From Pecten maximus (lineage: Eukaryota), in the NCBI RefSeq assembly GCF_902652985.1, contig NC_047028.1, positions 24,366,001 to 24,430,000 of the forward strand: a DNA stretch of 64,000 nucleotides, read 5' to 3'. Under the pieces are notes generated by a model. The model worked only from the letters and a program-made list of their open reading frames with translations. It made no database searches and was not told the DNA's origin. The translations under genes and the position numbers were made by a program. Each line of letters starts with the position of its first letter. The stretch's first letter is position 1. This document shows, one piece after another, positions 1 to 12,699 of this stretch.

Positions 1-135
1 GGCGCGAAAAATGTGACGTCACAATACGGCAATTGACGTTGCGTATTGATTTGAGAAAAAGAATCCCATTTAAAACCAGTAAAATTGTACATAAAACATG
101 TTTTAAATTAGAAAATCATTTTCAAAAATTAATTA

Positions 136-290
136 TAAGCATTCATGTCAATTATTTTTGTTTCATAGGGGTATGAAACAAATTTTGTTTGCAAACTTCT
201 GTAAGAATCCGCTATGCGGATTCATACAGTTTGCAAACAAAATTTGTTTCATACCCCGATGAAACTAAAAAAAAATGGCATCAATGCTTA
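136..290. repeat. Long imperfect palindrome (~75 bp arms), probably part of a non-autonomous DNA element
   Basis: gtttcataggggtatgaaacaaattttgtttgcaaac...gaatccgc-tat-gcggattc...gtttgcaaacaaaatttgtttcataccccgatgaaac. Confidence 0.7.
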
Positions 291-340
291 AATAACTTTG
301 AAAGTACCTATATAAAGTAAGTATTGTAGTATGTACATAC

Positions 341-592
341 CTGATTTTGGACAACCAAAGACGGTGCATTGTTTCCCAATAGGGACTTCAAAGGTTTGGT
401 TTGTGGTTGTTTGTTCATTGCTGCTTCGTTCATTTGTTTTGCCTCCTCTTTCATGGCCTCTGTTGGAGCCACATAAAATCGCTTCCTCTCATATTTTTGT
501 ATCATAAAGTCTTTAACTTTTTGTTCCTCGCGGGCATCGGGCTCGGGTCCTGACCGACTGTCATAGAGTCCCAAATATACCTTCCTACAAAA
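341..592 (-). CDS. AGFG1: AGFG1-like coding exon 3
   Basis: TAG acceptor at 595-593, GTATGT donor at 340-335; FCRKVYLGLYD...QKYERKRFYV...VVQNQ. Confidence 0.9.
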
Positions 593-3500
593 CTATAAAA
601 CAGGTGATCTGTCAGAAAGACTTGATACTTATTTCTGTATATAGTAAGTAAGTAGAAGGGCACTTGTCGGTATTATGACACATTAAATACCAACAATAAA
701 TAAATGCTGTACATGTTTCATATATACTTAATCACTGTACATATTATAATTCAATAACAAACCTTAATTAGAGAAATTGTTTCTTTTTCAGATATTTTTC
801 AAATAGTTAATTTTGAAAATATGTCAACAACTCAATAATTATAATCAGGCTTTTATCATGAGCAACCCAAGGCCAGCTTATTAAGTAAGTTGGAGCCAAC
901 AAGATCTAGAGATTAAAATTATGAAATATTGACTAAATTAGCTATTTAAGGAAAATACCAGCATATGTGTATCTTTATGATCAATCTAGGCAATCAGTTC
1001 ACATGATCATCAATTCCTTATAATGTTTAATTTCACCTTCAATGTATAGTTCTGGAATTTTTTTGTTTTCTTTCTTCTTTTTTTCTTCTATTTATGGAGA
1101 AAATATTACACATATATTTAGCGTGTGAAACTTGAAAATTTCAATATGATTTATTAAGGCATATAGCAGCACTAGCTATATATACCGTACGTACATCATA
1201 TAAGTAATACTCACATCGTTTCCATGACATTTGAGAAATTCCATCTCATCTGGTGTAAAGCTTGTCATTGATATAGACTTCACTCTATGCGGGGGATTGA
1301 TACCTCTCCTGAAACGACAAAAGTCAAACAATGATAATTATAATAAGATATATATGTTGCTGATATACTTGCCAAATTCAGTGTAAAAAACGCACCAAAT
1401 TTTCCAGCTTAAGAAAAAAAAATTGAAGATGTCACTTTGACAACACCTTACAAATGTTTTAAGCTAACCTCTTTCTTGTGCACTATATATACATTCCTAA
1501 GATTTACAGATAAATTGTCTAAAATTAGGATTCCAAAATCTGGTATTTCTCTCTCAAATAGGAAAAAAAAAACACTTATGGTAATATAAATATTTCTTTA
1601 CAACGGCATACCACTAATTGCAATATGTGATATTAATAATATGATATCCTGTTTATTCTGATCAGTTTTTCGTTTTACAAATTTTCTCTTTATAAATAAG
1701 GTAAAACTAGAGGTTCCTGATTTTTTTTAAAAACAAAAACACCCTTCGTTCTGCCTTAATTACTAGACATTGAATTTTTTTGCACTTGAATTGACTTTTG
1801 ACATGAAAATTAAAGTTATAATTCAATGACCCGAAAATAGAACATTGCCCTTATTTGACCCTTGACCTTGAAGTCAAGTTTACAGTGACCTAACGACAGT
1901 GCACTGTACATGTGCATCCACTTTAGTTGACTGATGCAAACATATACCGGAAGGTTTGTTAAGATATTCAACAGTTTAGAAGATATGGCCCGCACAAGAA
2001 ATAATTTAAAGAATCAAAATAGAAGATCGAGACCTTTTACTAAGACAGTATACATCTGTCTCCCTTCATACAAAAGGGTAAATAATAAAAACCCACGTCA
2101 TTATATGGTCCAACATAAAATTCAGATAATTATGATAGTTTCTCTGTCCTGATTTATTCTTGCAAGCTGTAACCAAGGTAACTGTTGGCATTTGACACCT
2201 GGACAATTCATTAGCGGCACTAATTATCACTAGAGGGCTAATTATAACTCAATGGTACACACTACAATAGCAATATCTGCAGCACTGTAACATCTGAAGT
2301 TAAAATATGTTAAGGACTTGTGCCTATATAACTAACATTATATAGCTATATATAACAACAATACCGACGCATTACCTTAAATAACAATTTGTTTGGTTCT
2401 GTATACATGTACATATTTTTTTTTCGTTTTAAGTTGTTATACAATCAAGTGCATTTTTTAAGCTGATAGTTCCTTGTTTTTATATGTATATCCTTCTTAG
2501 TTGTAGGTGGGATAATCTTAAATTTAAAGGGTATAATGTCAGAAGCCAACATGCAACTACTCCAGATTACCAGGTAAATATATTACTAGTTCCATAGAAT
2601 GGCACTTTGCATTGATTCTACTTGTTTTCTGGTGTTTGAATCAGGTATTTTGACCTTTGACTTAGCTAGCTTAGTTTCATGATTTTCACTAAATAATATA
2701 ACATCATAATCAATATCTACGTAAACAGTATTAGAGTTTAGTGTCGACCAAACTTTTAAATTATGTGATAATATAACCGTACATTGTTTCAGAAATACAA
2801 TGAAAAAGTGTGAATCTATATATTTACATGTACTTGCATTTTATTCATGTTTAACAGTAACTGCATGAACGTGTATTATATACATCTGGAAAAATTGATT
2901 ATATGTACACAGTACACTGCAGCATTAAGAACATACATGTAAAGAATATGTCCCCAAGCATATTTTATACATGCGTGAAATACATGATAATTTAATATTA
3001 AACACACACTCTGCATGCATATGCATATTAAGGGATATTCTGCACAATATGGTACAATTGTGGCTGTTCTAGTACCTTTTACGAACTACTCTTTCTAATG
3101 ACTTTTAAAAGCTATTGCCAGCATCAAAATACATCTATATATATAGCTAGTAGTCAGTTTTAATTGTGAAAGTGAAATTGGTGGGAATACGTACCCTTTG
3201 TCAATAAAAAATTACACAATCTAGATATAGTGCAGTAGAAAATCCGGAACTGAAGGTTCATTGGATCATAAATTTTAGCGAAGTATTGTAAATTGGGTAA
3301 ATACAGTGTACAAAACTGTATACAGTCGAACCTGTCTATAAAGGACACCTAAGGGACAAGACAAAAGTGTCCTTTATAGAGAGGTGTCCTTTATATAGAG
3401 GTTCAACGAGTTATGTCCCTTATAAACGAAGAAATAAACCAAAGTCTGTTTATAGTACACTATATGTCTCCTGATTTATTATATTTAAACACTTAAACAA

Positions 3501-6500
3501 ATGAATAAAAGACAAATAATTAAAGATAAATGCTTAATTAATTAATTTTCAATCATTCATCTGACACAAAAATTGAAGTTGATATTTTTAATAATTTATA
3601 TTAAGCCTATAGTTTCAAAACAAATCTTCACAATATCATATTATACTGAATATCTATTCAGACAAATACTCAACATACATAATATGTAGTCAAAAAAGTA
3701 AAGGTAATTCTTATCATCGTAAAACAATTTTCATTAATCCTCAATATTTTGGAAAATAAATATGTTTGAAATATTTTTTCTATTACAACATTAACTCTTT
3801 ATAAATGAAAGTGCATTTTCCTCTGATAATTATAATCCCTAAGCATTTATTTTGAGACATATTTTCTGAAATCCATGTAGGGATTTAATTAATAAATACC
3901 GTTTTCTGGTTCAGTCAATTAGTATAGTGTATACAAAGACACTCGGAACTCTTCAGCTGTTCTTAATAGGTTACGTAGTCATATTCCGAGGAGTTCCGAG
4001 TGTGATAAAATGGCGGCTGACAACCATGTGCCTGTCCTGTCAGATTTGCATACGGTTGATTTTGTAAGTAAAACAATTATGACAGACATAACTATTGATT
4101 TGTCCCTCTTCTGTTGGTCTTGATAATGATTTAATTACCACCTGACCATTCTTGTTGTCTAGGCTATGGTTGAATGGCTAAGCTTAGCTGTCACCGGTGG
4201 GGTTGAGTAAACAAACACCTCTGCCGATGGCGATCGGTCACTCTCTTGTAATTACTGCCCATTGTTACAGCAACTTACAGGTAACAGGACAATTAGTGAC
4301 TGATGAAGTGGCTTCCTAAGTTAGCATTGCTGCCAGGGGAATTGAGTAATTAAGGCTTTCTTTGTTATTTAGAAACGTTTTACACACAAATATCAACACG
4401 GCTATGGTTTCACGTGTCCGTTATACGGAATTTTTAACAACTTTACGGACAAAAATATGTGTCCGCTGTCCGCATTAGGAAGGTGTCCGCTATATACATG
4501 ATATTTATATAGTGATTTTCATTGGGGATTCCTGGAAGTGTCCGTTATGGACAGGTGTCCGCTATATAAGGGTGTCCGCTATTACAAGTTTGACTGTACA
4601 TATTCGCTGTTCACTTATAATTTCTGCTGTTTTACAATTACAATTTACACAGATATTTCACATTGTTTGGCTAATACAAAGCAAACCTGCAGCTATGATG
4701 CACTCCGGGTCACGCGAGCATTTGTAAATCAATCTAGCTAGATCTGTATAGGATTTCTATAGCTTATATATTGCATGTTTGTTTGGTAAATTGAGGCGTA
4801 CAATTTCCCTAAGAATGTTTCTGCAAGGCATATTTGTGCAATTTCAATAGCAAGGCATATTTGTGCAATTTTAATAGCAAGGCATATTTGTGCAATTTTA
4901 ATAAGAAGCATCATATGAAATCCGAAATAAATTTTCTTCACCTCCAAGGCCTGCAGGCTATCATATAAAGTAGCCTATAGCTTTAAAGCAGTTCTAGCTA
5001 TATATAGGAGGGTAGAATCAGACTTGGGGAAAGTATCAAATTTTAATTACTGAACTGGTGTATATACAGAGAGCTATACAGGGTCATTATCATTTTGTGG
5101 CCCCAGTTCCTGGAGACTGGATGGGGGAGCTCGAGGTATCAGATTTATATAGAGTATATTAACTGGGGTCATTATCATTTTGTCACCCCAGTTCCTGGAG
5201 ACTTGGGGAGGTTTCAAATTTACTAGAGTATATATAACTAGGGTCATTATCAATACTACAGATGTTGTCAAACAAAAAGTCTACTAATAAACATATACAC
5301 CATATCCTATGTGTATACAAACATGCCATATGTTCGTAATATATGTCCTAATACTGGAATTATCTAAATTACAACCTCATACATGCACAGTGAGTGTACA
5401 TAATTTATATATTTAAAAATAAATCATTTCAGAATGAGATTAGCAAAAGCAATAGATTTTGTTTTGAAAAAAATATCTGGTATTACAACATTTTTGTTTT
5501 CACTCTGAACAGGTTGGAAGGTGTGTAATTATCAGAGCTACAGATACTGTGTGTTTGTATAAAGATGGGTATTGTGTACTGAAGATAACACTAGGTAATG
5601 GGGTCGCTGGTGGATGATTATCTGCTTCAATGAACATAAGACAACATTATTTAGTCTATTTGTCTAGTCTTGCTTAACAGCATGTGTGTGAACTTCCTTT
5701 TTTTGGCAATTTAGCTCTAGATGTATGGTCACAGAATATTTGACAAACATTTACAATTTTAGTAAAGACAAATTTCTCAGCACTTCAAGGAACATAATAC
5801 AATGTTGTATGTAGTCTAATTTTCTAGTCATAGCCAACAGCATATGTGTGAACTTCCTTTTTTGTTTTGTTTTTTTTTGCTCTTGATCTATGTTTTAGTA
5901 TATTTGTAAACATTTATAATTTTAGAAACGACAAATTTCTCAACACTCAGAATCTTAAATGCAGATGGTCTGGAAATTAAACCAGCTGAGAACTAGAATT
6001 TTGATGGAAGGGTTTGTTGACTATAGCTATATAATCATATAGAAATAAACAATTATAAAGTGTTCACTTTATATAAATTCATATTTGTCATCAGGTAAAA
6101 AGCCATTAAACATAAGGATTTTTCAAACTTCCCTGAGCTTGCAGACTGTGCATGCATATTATGAATGACCTAATTAAACACAAACATGAATATATATATA
6201 TCTCAGTAGGAAAAGCTCCCAATCAAAAAGCAAGTCATCCATATATATATGTTATTTTCCTGGTACATTATATTATCTTTATTGACATTGCACTGTTATC
6301 AGTTAAACATCTGACTGGTCCCAACTATGAAAACACATGGAATTAAAACATTAATTTACCTTTATATTTATTTTCAAAACATACAATTATTATTAATTAA
6401 TTACACTATAGCTACATAGTAATTAGTCAGTGACATTTGTAAAAGGAGACGCGACAACCTGACAAGAACTCGAATCTCAGAACTCTAGACTGACACTCTA

Positions 6501-7533
6501 ACCATTTGAATTATCTGGCCATAGACGCCACAATATGTATCAATAGAGGATATGCAACAACTGGGATGGAACTTGAACCTGGATGACATTTGCATTGGCT
6601 ACTCAGAAGTTCATGATCAGCCTGTCAATCTCAACTACATACACCTATATATAAATTACAGTATAAATTATCGTATAAGTCTCATTTGGCTACACATTTA
6701 CACATACATTTAGGGAAATGACAAATTTTAAAGATTCAATCTGTGACAGAAGTCATTCAAATCTGAATCAAATATTGGAAGGTGTGAAAAAAGCTGAACA
6801 CTTGTATGCTCAACAGTGATCAACTGAAACATTTTACAGTAAAATAATCAAGAGTTCTGGCTGTATCGAATTGAACATTGTGAACATTTATACAATTTAT
6901 ACTTTTTTTTTAATAAAAAAAAAGAAATCTTCCTTTGATTTTTTTTTCTAGACTAGGCAGTGCCATAACTATTGGAGATCATTCTTGTTCGTTATCATAT
7001 CGGTTATAAAAATAGTTCATGACACAAATTATGGCATGATCATTGATGACTAAGAATTACTTGTGTTCTATCTGAAGGTTAAAACCATTTTACAAGGGAG
7101 GTAAATTTGCATAATGAGGGAGTTTTAAAGAGACGCCCCCTGTCAAAATATTCTTGCGATCTAGAAATATTTACAAACAAATATATATTACATGAACATA
7201 TCACCTTCACGGATCAATATATTTAATGACATATTTATCAATTCATGAAGTAAGACATATGTTTTCCTGTTTATTGCTTGGGTAGATGATAACGTTTTGT
7301 TTGAAACATGACATGAATACATATGACAGCACCACGTTTTGAAAACCGCACAGGTGTACCTCTACTTACAGAATACCGCTACAGGACGTGCACACGAACG
7401 ATCCGACCGTCATATTCACATATGTTGGCCCTCTTTGGTGACAATCAAAGCACTGTTTGTTGTGTGGCAATGCAGCCATCTCTCGTAACATTTTCAGATG
7501 TTTTTCATCCTGTTTTCTCTTGCTCGACGCCAT
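341..7533 (-). CDS. AGFG1: ArfGAP domain and FG-repeat-containing protein (AGFG1/HRB/drongo-like), 5' part; coding exons 7370-7533, 1215-1308, 341-592; gene continues beyond the left edge
   Basis: Spliced translation: MASSKRKQDEKHLKMLREMAALPHNKQCFDCHQRGPTYVNMTVGSFVCTSCSGIL|RGINPPHRVKSISMTSFTPDEMEFLKCHGND|FCRKVYLGLYDSRSGPEPDAREEQKVKDFMIQKYERKRFYV. It has the ArfGAP CxxC-x16-CxxC-x4-R zinc finger and the N-terminus typical of AGFG1. Junctions are GT-AG with compatible phases (164, 94, 252 bp). An alternative in-frame ATG lies at 7548. Confidence 0.93.
1215..1308 (-). CDS. AGFG1: AGFG1-like coding exon 2
   Basis: CAG acceptor at 1311-1309, GTGAGT donor at 1214-1209; encodes RGINPPHRVKSISMTSFTPDEMEFLKCHGND (too short for the ORF track). 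Confidence 0.92.
3323..4596. mobile_element. Non-autonomous Tc1/mariner/pogo-type DNA transposon in AGFG1 intron 1
   Basis: TA|CAGTCGAACCTGTCTATAAAGGACAC ... GTGTCCGCTATTACAAGTTTGACTG|TA: imperfect TIRs, TA target duplication, repeated subterminal aggtgtcc motifs, no transposase ORF. Confidence 0.75.
6451..6520 (-). mobile_element. Degenerate tRNA-like (SINE head) fragment
   Basis: Minus strand reads ggccagataattcaaatggttagagtgtcagtctagagttctgagattcgagttc, with an A-box-like segment; same family as the unit of the 24378-25229 array. Confidence 0.5.
7370..7533 (-). CDS. AGFG1: AGFG1-like coding exon 1 (ArfGAP zinc finger)
   Basis: ATG at 7533; GTAAGT donor at 7369-7364; CFDC...CTSC motif. 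Confidence 0.93.
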
Positions 7534-7777
7534 TTTCGTCGACGACATTTTACCGGAAATAACCTTCAGTTCAATGTTAAAGGTAGATAACTCTTCATGA
7601 AATGAACAGGTAGCAAATTACAATATTTGATTGTCATTCCGCTGTTGGCCACACACTAACGGTTAGGCCAAGGTCTAGCGAAATTAGTTTCTCGTGGTAA
7701 ATTTCACAAGTACGAATTTAAGTAGTAAATTAAATTCAAAATTGGATGTTTAACATGTTACTGATATTAGATAACAT

Positions 7778-7937
7778 TTTATTACATTTTTACAAGTGAA
7801 ATATCGAAAAATATTCATTCTATGAAAGTGATATTTTTCACTAATATTTGTGCGTGCACCCGTGAAAAATATCAATATTAGTCCCACTCGTGAAATACAT
7901 TTGGCATTACTGAAAACACTGTCAGATATCCTCTATA
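7778..7937 (-). mobile_element. Internally deleted copy of the hairpin-rich element at 39205-39660, in the AGFG1 upstream region
   Basis: Reverse complement matches both ends of the 39205 element (tatagaggatatct.acagtgt...; ...gatatttcact.gtaaaaatgtaataaa). Confidence 0.7.
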
Positions 7938-8026
7938 TATTATATTAGATATCTTTGTCCTCGCATGACCGAAACTACACAGAAAAAATATAAATCCTGC
8001 ACATGTGTACCGAGCAGTTGGCTAGA

Positions 8027-10873
8027 ACACTTTACACAAATCACTCACATTATAGTACACTTTACACAAATCACTCACATTATAGTACACTTTACAAAAA
8101 TCACTCGAATTATAGTACACTTTACACAAATCACTCACATTATAGTACACTTTACACAAATCACTCACATTATAGTACATTTTACACAAATCACTCACAT
8201 TATAGCACACTTTACACAAATCACTCACATTATAGTACACTTTACACAAATCACTCACATTATAGTACACTTTACACAAATCACTCACATTATAGTACAC
8301 TTTACACAAATCACTCACATTATAGCACACTTTACACAAATCACTCACATTATAGTACACTTTACATAAATCACTCACATTATATTACACTTTACACATA
8401 TCACTCACATTATATTACACTTTACACAAATCACTCACATTATAGTACACTTTACACAAATCACTCACATTATAGTACACTTTACACAAATCACTCACAT
8501 TATAGTACATTTTACACAAATCACTCACATTATAGCACACTTTACACAAATCACTCACATTATAGTACACTTTACATAAATCACTCACATTATATTACAC
8601 TTTACACATATCACTCACATTATAGTACACTTTACACATATCACTCACATTATAGTACATTTTACACAAATCACTCACATTATAGTACACTTTATACATA
8701 TCACTTACATTATAGTACACTTTACACAAATCACTCACATTATAGTACACTTTATACATATCACTTACATTATAGTACACTTTACACAAATCACTCACAT
8801 TATAGTACACTTTACACATATCACTCACATTATAGTACACTTTACACATATCACTCACATTATAGTACATTTTACACAAATCACTCACATTATAGCACAC
8901 TTTACACAAATCACTCACATTATAGTACACTTTACATAAATCACTCACATTATATTACACTTTACACATATCACTCACATTATAGTACACTTTACACATA
9001 TCACTCACATTATAGTACATTTTACACAAATCACTCACATTATAGTACACTTTATACATATCACTTACATTATAGTACACTTTACACAAATCACTCACAT
9101 TATAGTACACTTTATACATATCACTTACATTATAGTACACTTTACACAAATCACTCACATTATAGTACACTTTATACATATCACTTACATTATATTACAC
9201 TTTACACAAATCACTCACATTATAGTACACTTTACACAAATCACTCACATTATAGTACACTTTACACAAATCACTCACATTATAGTACACTTTACACAAA
9301 TCACTCACATTATAGTACACTTTATACATATCACTTACATTATATTACACTTTACACAAATCACTCACATTATAGTACACTTTACACATATCACTCACAT
9401 TATATTACACTTTACACAAATCACTCACATTATATTACACTTTACACAAATCACTCACATTATAGTACACTTTACACAAATCACTCACATTATATTACAC
9501 TTTACACAAATCACTCGAATTATAGTACACTTTACACATATCACTCACATTATAGTACATTTTACACAAATCACTCACATTATAGTACACTTTACATAAA
9601 TCACTCACATTATATTACACTTTACACATATCACTCACATTATAGTACACTTTACACAAATCACTCACATTATAGTACACTTTACACATATCACTCACAT
9701 TATAGTACACTTTACACATATCACTCACATTATAGTACACTTTACACAAATCACTCACATTATAGCACACTTTACACAAATCACTCACATTATAGTACAC
9801 TTTATACATATCACTTACATTATAGTACACTTTACACAAATCACTCACATTATAGTACACTTTATACATATCACTCACATTATAGTACATTTTACACAAA
9901 TCACTCACATTATAGTACACTTTATACATATCACTTACATTATAGTACACTTTACACAAATCACTCACATTATAGTACACTTTATACATATCACTTACAT
10001 TATATTACACTTTACACAAATCACTCACATTATAGTACACTTTACACAAATCACTCACATTATAGTACACTTTACACAAATCACTCACATTATAGTACAC
10101 TTTACACATATCACTCACATTATATTACACTTTACACAAATCACTCACATTATATTACACTTTACACAAATCACTCACATTATAGTACACTTTACACAAA
10201 TCACTCACATTATATTACACTTTACACAAATCACTCGAATTATAGTACACTTTACACATATCACTCACATTATAGTACATTTTACACAAATCACTCACAT
10301 TATAGTACACTTTACATAAATCACTCACATTATATTACACTTTACACATATCACTCACATTATAGTACACTTTACACAAATCACTCACATTATAGTACAC
10401 TTTACACATATCACTCACATTATAGTACACTTTACACATATCACTCACATTATAGTACACTTTACACAAATCACTCACATTATAGCACACTTTACACAAA
10501 TCACTCACATTATAGTACACTTTACACAAATCACTCACATTATATTACACTTTACACAAATCACTCACATTATAGTACACTTTACACATATCACTCACAT
10601 TATAGTACACTTTACACATATCACTCACATTATAGTACACTTTACACATATCACTCACATTATAGTACACTTTACACATATCACTCACATTATAGTACAC
10701 TTTACACATATCACTCACATTATAGTACACTTTACACATATCACTCACATTATAGTACACTTTACACATATCACTCACATTATAGTACACTTTACACATA
10801 TCACTCACATTATAGTACACTTTACACATATCACTCACATTATAGTACACTTTACACATATCACTCACATTAT
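8027..10873. repeat. 30-bp minisatellite (tttacacaaatcactcacattatagtacac)n, ~95 units
   Basis: Exact 30-bp periodicity with point variants only. Confidence 0.98.
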
Positions 10874-11880
10874 CAACACAATTCTGTAGATTTATTTTTG
10901 TAAAGAAGCCATAACTTTAATTAATCATTCTCGTTAACCGGAATGGAAGCGCGGGTAGGAGAACGTGTTGTGACTGGGCAGAGGACTCCACATACCCGCT
11001 GCAACGTCCAGTCGCGGAATCGAACCCAGGCCTAGTAGGAAGTGTCACCTTCAGGCCGTGGTCACCCTCCATCCGACATTTTTTCTTTTCTTTTCTTTCT
11101 TTTTTTTTTTTATGCCGGAGAACTTCCAAATTTCCAATTATAAGGTGAAGCCTACGGACATCCGAATTTGATCTAAGTTAGGTAAATCATTTTTTTGAAG
11201 CGCATGAACTTCAGATTTCAAACTCATTATATGTCGATTTCTTCTTATAAATAGTGAAATGTGTATTTACAAAACATGGTTACAAGATACAAAACGTTAT
11301 TTTTTATCTCGAATACATCACGGGCGTCTGCATCTTGTTAGTATTTATAGAAGAAAAAATCTTTATTTCTAATAAAAAGTAGGAGTAGGAGCTAATATTG
11401 TTTCAGACGCATGTGAATACACGGTAAAAAAAAACAACCGACAAATAAAATACATATGAAAAAAATATAGCAACATCACAAATTACATTTGAAAGTTTAA
11501 GATGACAAAATAATGATGAACACGAAAACAAGTATTTAGAAAAGTATGAACAAATATACATATTATGTACTAAAAAAGCAAAAGGTAAAAGGTAAACAGA
11601 TATGTACAATTGATGTGAATTAAAGAAATCTAGTAATGAAAGTAAGTAAATAAGAAAAAGAAAAGCAGGATTCAAACCGTGTAATCACGAAAGCGACAAA
11701 AAACAAAAAACAAAAAAGATGAAATCTGGATTTAAACATTGTTATCAGAAAGAAGAAAAAAACATCAACATACATTGGGGGGTGGGGTGGGGTGGGGGGG
11801 GGGGGGGGGGGGGGGTGGGGGGGGGGGGGGGTATGTAAATGTTGTACACGGCAGCACGAAGGAAGTATCCAGTCTAAGGT

Positions 11881-12274
11881 CCTAACAGGCCATGCGAGAG
11901 GCTGTTACATGCTCCTAACAGGCCATGCGAGAGGCTGTTACATGCTCCTAACAGGCCATGCGAGAGGCTGTTACATGCTCCTAACAGGCCATGCGAGAGG
12001 CTGTTACATGCTCCTAACAGGCCATGCGAGAGGCTGTTACATGCTCCTAACAGGCCATGCGAGAGGCTGTTACATGCTCCTAACAGGCCATGCGAGAGGC
12101 TGTTACATGCTCCTAACAGGCCATGCGAGAGGCTGTTACATGCTCCTAACAGGCCATGCGAGAGGCTGTTACATGCTCCTAACAGGCCATGCGAGAGGCT
12201 GTTACATGCTCCTAACAGGCCATGCGAGAGGCTGTTACATGCTCCTAACAGGCCATGCGAGAGGCTGTTACATG
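11881..12274. repeat. 33-bp minisatellite (gctcctaacaggccatgcgagaggctgttacat)n, ~12 identical units
   Basis: Direct inspection; preceded by a poly-G tract at 11777-11831. Confidence 0.97.
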
Positions 12275-12699
12275 CGCCTTGTACCTAGCGACTCGTTCTC
12301 TAAACAAAATGGGATCATCGTGCATTATACACTTTTAATTAAAAAAAAAAAAAAAAAAAAATGGTTGTTATCTAAATTCTACACCACCACCAAAAATGAC
12401 AGAAATGCATTGCAGAAGGGATCAGACTATTTGACTTTAATTAAATTACTGGGGTCAGTACCCTCCCCTCCGTTAAGTTTCCTGGCTTCCCTTTTTGATG
12501 ACGAGTCCAAAAGGACCGAACAGTTATAGTAATGCAGTTTTATATTGGCTATGTATGTTGTATCACAGAACTGATCTTCGTGAAGGCGCGAATCATAAGG
12601 GTGTCTTTTTGTACAAAAGTTTTATTTTGGATTTCAAGTATAATGTTTTTCTAATACTTTGTTGTATCAAACAATCTAAAAGATAAAGTTGGATACATA

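Noticed and set aside
1790-2010. Helentron-like remnant (tttgacccttgaccttgaa motifs) in AGFG1 intron 1
   Set aside because: Too degenerate to define ends
4830-5950. Small local duplications (3x30 bp at ~4830-4900, ~85 bp at 5079-5250, ~160 bp at 5660-5950)
   Set aside because: Ordinary intronic slippage duplications with no further structure
8003-10903. 966-aa His/Tyr/Thr-rich ORF
   Set aside because: It is a translation of the 30-bp minisatellite. A unit length divisible by 3 explains the open frame, and there is no signal peptide or unique domain. It would need RNA or peptide evidence.
11792-12529. 245-aa ORF with LLTGHARGCYM repeats
   Set aside because: Spans poly-G, the 33-bp array and poly-A; no ATG start
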